Virus record (IMG/VR): IMGVR_UViG_3300022753_000059
Length of the DNA stretch: 20,000 nt
Strand: one strand, 5' to 3'
Source of the DNA: an uncultured virus (IMG/VR IMGVR_UViG_3300022753_000059)
Taxonomy: Duplodnaviria > Heunggongvirae > Uroviricota > Caudoviricetes
Positions 16,838 to 20,000 of the stretch are shown here, one piece after another; within the stretch, counting starts at the first letter, position 1, and each line of letters starts with the position of its first letter. The notes beneath the pieces were generated by a model. That model did no database searches. It saw only the letters and a list, made by a program, of their open reading frames with translations, and had not been told where the DNA came from. The translations under genes were made by a program, and so were the position numbers.

Positions 16838-16942
16838 TCTCTGATGGCTCAGTGGCAAGAGCGTGTGATGTAATGGGTAGCTGACAAAAGCATCACGTAA
16901 AAGTCAGCTTGAGAGACGCTGGTTCGACTCCAGCTCAGAGAA
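16838..16942 (+). ncRNA. tRNA-like RNA with an H-type pseudoknot in place of the anticodon/variable arm
   Basis: Perfect acceptor TCTCTGA/TCAGAGA, D arm GCTC-AGTGGCAA-GAGC, T arm GCTGG-TTCGACT-CCAGC; interleaved GTGATG/CATCAC and AGCTGAC/GTCAGCT. Confidence 0.7.
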
Positions 16943-16949
16943 CGAAATC

Positions 16950-17302
16950 GGGGGTATAATGGCATTTGATTTGGAAGGCGTTGATCTGACTCACGGATGG
17001 AGGCATCCTTATATGCGACAACAATAAATGGCAAGACAGCGAAAGTTGTTTCCATGACTCATCGTACCGTGGCTCTCAGAGCCGCTGCGTAAGTCCGAGC
17101 TGCCAGTGGGCTTGTGAACAGAATCCTGGCAAAACGGCAGCTATGCCTAAATAGCTGGTGGAACTGCTGACAATCCAGTCGGCCCCTCGTTTTAAGTGAC
17201 TTTTCTCAAAAGACAACCCGAATATGTAACGGATAAAACAAACCGTGTGAACAGTTAGGTTGGCAATCTCTAAAGACAGCGGTTCGACTCCGCTTACCTC
17301 CA
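16950..17302 (+). ncRNA. ssrA: tmRNA (element-encoded)
   Basis: GGGGGTA/TACCTCC acceptor with G3.U70 and A73; AGCGG-TTCGACT-CCGCT T arm; helix 2 pairings TTTGGA/TCTAAA, GTTGATCTGACT/AGTTAGGTTGGC, CACGG/CCGTG; 353 nt; internal tag frame ending AAA*. Confidence 0.93.
17030..17092 (+). other. tmRNA tag reading frame (A)GKTAKVVSMTHRTVALRAAA*
   Basis: ATAAAT then GGC resume codon, in frame to GCC GCT GCG TAA. Confidence 0.8.
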
Positions 17303-17432
17303 CGAAAATTTCGTTTCATTGTTTTTGAGTTATTAGGTTGTTTGACGGTCGTGGCTGGGGCAACTCAGCCACACTTCAACGAAAGCCCAAAACATGAACG
17401 AAACAAGCATTAATCCCTAACAACGAAAAGAC

Positions 17433-17648
17433 ATGAAGAAATTTATTAATTTTTGCGAGAGTAAGCTTCATTGCTGGAAATGGCTCATAGTTTACATGGC
17501 CCTTACGCTATGGAATGCGCCAGAATGGTGTTTTCATGCCTTCTGGGGTGCCTTGATTGCCTTTGCTGGTATGTGGCTACTCATTGTACTATTTGCCATC
17601 TTCCTTTCATTCAAGGAAATCTTCAACGAAAAGAAACAGCATAAGTAA
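17433..17648 (+). CDS. Small membrane protein
   Basis: 71 aa with two hydrophobic stretches and basic termini. Confidence 0.7.
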   Translation: MKKFINFCESKLHCWKWLIVYMALTLWNAPEWCFHAFWGALIAFAGMWLLIVLFAIFLSFKEIFNEKKQHK

Positions 17649-17655
17649 CAGCTAT

Positions 17656-18285
17656 ATGAATAACAAAGTAACTATCGAAGATGTCCAGGCGAACATGAAA
17701 GATGTCATTGTTCGCACGGTAGTTGAGTTCGGTAAACCGTGTACGTATGTGACGGTTCGTATGCTAAACGGATTTACTGTACGCGAGAGTACGACTTGCG
17801 TGGATCCAGCCAACTATGACGAGAACATCGGAAAGCAGATTTGCCTGGAGAAAATCCAGGACAAGATCTGGATGCTTCTTGGATATGAGTTGCAGTCGAA
17901 ACTGAATGCGCTTCCAGCTTCTCCTTACTGCCATGTCAAGGAGGGTGACGGAATCGGCTTCGTTTATGGTGGTAAGGTCTATTCTGTTGGAAATGACGGT
18001 AAGGTATCGGTCGCAAAGGCTGAGAACATTACCTACATCGAGAACATGACAGCAGACCAGACCAAGCGGATTACCAATGAGGGCCAGCTGGAAGTTGGAA
18101 AGACGTATTGTGCGTTCTCAAATGTTGACAGCGACCTCAATATCATCTTCAAGGTGATTGACGCTACGCTATTCGGTAAAGAAGTGATGGCGATTGATGA
18201 AGCGAAAGGCGTGTACACAAACCCAGCGTTCTCCGTGGATGCTTTGGCAAACTACAATATTTTCCTCGTCACCCCAGATAAATAA
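17656..18285 (+). CDS. N4 Gp49/Sf6 Gp66-like domain protein with a C-terminal extension of about 125 aa
   Basis: NGFTV.ES.CVDPANYD..IG..IC...I.DKIW.LLGY.LQ signature; ATG at 17656. Confidence 0.8.
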   Translation: MNNKVTIEDVQANMKDVIVRTVVEFGKPCTYVTVRMLNGFTVRESTTCVDPANYDENIGKQICLEKIQDKIWMLLGYELQSKLNALPASPYCHVKEGDGIGFVYGGKVYSVGNDGKVSVAKAENITYIENMTADQTKRITNEGQLEVGKTYCAFSNVDSDLNIIFKVIDATLFGKEVMAIDEAKGVYTNPAFSVDALANYNIFLVTPDK

Positions 18286-18316
18286 TTGATCCTGCATTTT
18301 CTTATACCCATTTGTC

Positions 18317-18356
18317 GGCCAGGCTACTCCGCGAGGAACAGCCTGGCTTTTTCTTT
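18317..18356 (+). terminator. Intrinsic terminator between convergent genes
   Basis: GCCAGGCT/AGCCTGGC stem with inner TCC-GCGA-GGA, then TTTTTCTTT. Confidence 0.85.
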
Positions 18357-19626
18357 ATATGCCAGCCTTAATGAATGCCATTTGGAGCTTGTTACGGTTG
18401 GCAATGCTGTTACCATTATAATAATGTTGCTGGATAACCTCAATACTCGTTCCAGCGGCCATCGCCACGTATGAAGTAGGCAATCCATTATCCAACGCTA
18501 CCGTGATGGCCGTATGACGGAATACGTAAGCGTATAGGTTGAATGCCAGGCCCAGCTCAGCTCCGACATCTTTAAGCCATACGTTCAAGTTCTGACGGAA
18601 TTTCTTGAACAGATAGTCCTTCGTTACATGTTGTTTCGCCTTTTCATCATCCATGATTGGGAAAACATAGCCGTTGGCAGTGGTGCCACGATACTTATCA
18701 ATGATTTCCTGCATCTTTGGCGTGATGGGAATTTCTATGGCCTTGTGTGTCTTTTTACGTCTCGTGACGATGGTGTGGGCCTTGGTGATGTGTTGATACT
18801 TGAGCTTGATGACATCGCAAGGCGCAAAGAATGACTGGAACATGAACACACAGAAGTCATAGTATAGCTCTATCAGATTTCTGTCGGCATAATTCGGAGT
18901 GAGGTTGAATACATCCAGATTGAGAAACTTCCTTATCTGTTCTGGAGATAGTACGTCTGGCTGGTGGATGAGTTCATCGTTCTTTGCAGGGTTGTAGTCA
19001 TTGAACTTGAAATCACCAATCCTTGTAAGTGAGAAGTCAACGGCCTTGTCTTTAGAAGCCCTCCCAAGCACAGCTCTGAAACACTTTGCCGTACCCCTAT
19101 ATCCAGTATGCTGGGCAAAGATGCTGGCAATGTACACGCATTTATCGTAGTCGATGTCACTAAAGCGCAGGATATTGAACTGTGGGATAAGTTTACGGCA
19201 CTTGGTCAGCAGCTTCTCATAGACCTCAAAGTTGCAGCCTTGTTTGGCTTTCTCACGCTGGATGATGACTTCCAGGTAAGGTTCAAAGAATGTGGCCGCA
19301 TGATCGAGTTCTTGAAGCCTATCGGCAACCTGGCATGTGACTTTCCCAGTGTTGTGAGTATAGGCAGATGCAATTTGTCGGGCCGTAAACTCTGGATGCT
19401 CCGTGGTCAACTTTAGATAGATGGCCTTGAAGTCCATGAGTGCCTTGTTATTCTCCTGGTAGGAAACGGCATAGGTTGAAAACTTTTCCTTGTCTGTACT
19501 CCAGTGCTTCTCAATATTCGGATTACCGACAAGAAGATGTTTGACGCTTTTGTAGAATCGCTGTTTTCCTTCACTGATTCTAAGCACGAGTGCGCCTTCA
19601 CGTACAATGAATTTTAGCTTCACCAT
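18355..19626 (-). CDS. int: Tyrosine recombinase/integrase
   Basis: 423 aa; RRKKT, GYVFPI, YVFRHT, AGTS...HYY motifs; N-terminal arm-binding-like region; adjacent to tRNA 3' end. Confidence 0.9.
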   Translation of the reverse strand: MVKLKFIVREGALVLRISEGKQRFYKSVKHLLVGNPNIEKHWSTDKEKFSTYAVSYQENNKALMDFKAIYLKLTTEHPEFTARQIASAYTHNTGKVTCQVADRLQELDHAATFFEPYLEVIIQREKAKQGCNFEVYEKLLTKCRKLIPQFNILRFSDIDYDKCVYIASIFAQHTGYRGTAKCFRAVLGRASKDKAVDFSLTRIGDFKFNDYNPAKNDELIHQPDVLSPEQIRKFLNLDVFNLTPNYADRNLIELYYDFCVFMFQSFFAPCDVIKLKYQHITKAHTIVTRRKKTHKAIEIPITPKMQEIIDKYRGTTANGYVFPIMDDEKAKQHVTKDYLFKKFRQNLNVWLKDVGAELGLAFNLYAYVFRHTAITVALDNGLPTSYVAMAAGTSIEVIQQHYYNGNSIANRNKLQMAFIKAGI

Positions 19627-19634
19627 GATTTTAA

Positions 19635-19811
19635 CTGTTTAATTGAACTTAAAAAGATGATGAACCAATGGAAGCTCTCGAAATGTACACTACCAATGCA
19701 CACTCTAAGGTACACCTTTGTGATTCGAGTCCATTTTTGTGACCCTTTGAAATTTTCGCCAGGTTGTGATTCTTAGGCTTCTGGATTTCTCCAAGAAGTT
19801 CAATTAAACAG
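19635..19811. repeat. Perfect 16-bp inverted repeat upstream of int
   Basis: CTGTTTAATTGAACTT (19635-50) and AAGTTCAATTAAACAG (19796-811), 145 bp apart. Confidence 0.85.
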
Positions 19812-19862
19812 CCTATTCATGGGCTATTTACTCAGTCTATCGAGATTTTTCTCCAGTATATG

Positions 19863-19886
19863 AAAAGGAGGCCATTGACCTCCTTT
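19863..19886 (-). terminator. Terminator downstream of tRNA-Asp
   Basis: Minus strand AAAGGAGGTC-AAT-GGCCTCCTTTT; stem extends by a G.U pair only on the minus strand. Confidence 0.7.
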
Positions 19887-19897
19887 CCAGAACTTTG

Positions 19898-19971
19898 CGG
19901 TGCGTACGGGACTCGAACCCGTGACCCCATGCGTGACAGGCATGTATTCTAACCAACTGAACTAACGCACC
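19898..19971 (-). tRNA. tRNA-Asp(GTC), probable host gene and integration target
   Basis: Reverse complement GGTGCGTTAGTTCAGTTGGTTAGAATACATGCCTGTCACGCATGGGGTCACGGGTTCGAGTCCCGTACGCACCG: canonical cloverleaf with G73. Confidence 0.97.
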
Positions 19972-20000
19972 AATTGTTTCTTATTTTTGTTGAATCACTT

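Larger units (their letters stand above)
1..19897. mobile_element. Terminal part of an integrated element (likely large prophage) inserted at tRNA-Asp; left end lies outside the window
   Basis: Dense co-oriented small hypothetical ORFs, element-borne tRNA/tmRNA genes, and a tyrosine integrase next to the 3' end of a canonical tRNA-Asp. Promoters are Bacteroidetes-type. Confidence 0.8.

Noticed and set aside
16864..16917. Insert in the tRNA-like RNA as a group I or BHB intron, or as a Leu/Ser/Sec long variable arm
   Set aside because: It is far too short for a group I intron, no bulge-helix-bulge is evident, no removal restores a convincing 7-nt anticodon loop, and the variable region has no internal stem but pairs with the loop instead.
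16593..17303. Minus-strand ORFs 16593..16826, 16849..17055 and 17076..17303
   Set aside because: They are antisense to tRNA-like and tmRNA genes; MEVSGVEPLS is a typical translation artefact of a reverse-complemented T arm.
17433..17648. Holin
   Set aside because: Hydrophobicity alone is insufficient and no endolysin or structural genes are nearby.
1..20000. CRISPR array, cas genes, reverse transcriptase/DGR, IS elements
   Set aside because: No regularly spaced repeats, YxDD-type RT ORF or transposase-like ORF was seen.

Overview
Right-hand end of a large mobile element, probably a large prophage, integrated at a Bacteroidales (Prevotella/Bacteroides-like) tRNA-Asp(GTC) gene. About 35 tightly packed + strand genes, mostly small hypothetical proteins. 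Recognisable ones include a lipoprotein, HTH/XRE regulators, an Mrp/MinD/ParA-type P-loop ATPase, a stand-alone MutS domain I protein, an RNase HI, an HExxH protein and a Gp49/Gp66-like protein. A convergent - strand tyrosine integrase lies next to the 3' end of the tRNA-Asp gene. The most notable region is an RNA-gene cluster at 16.2-17.4 kb. It holds an atypical fMet-type tRNA, a degenerate GTT-anticodon tRNA with a His-like G-1:C73 pair, a tRNA-shaped RNA whose anticodon arm is replaced by an H-type pseudoknot, and a complete tmRNA with its own long tag peptide. No virion or conjugation genes are visible, so prophage versus ICE cannot be settled from this window. All family assignments are by eye and recall; no searches were run.
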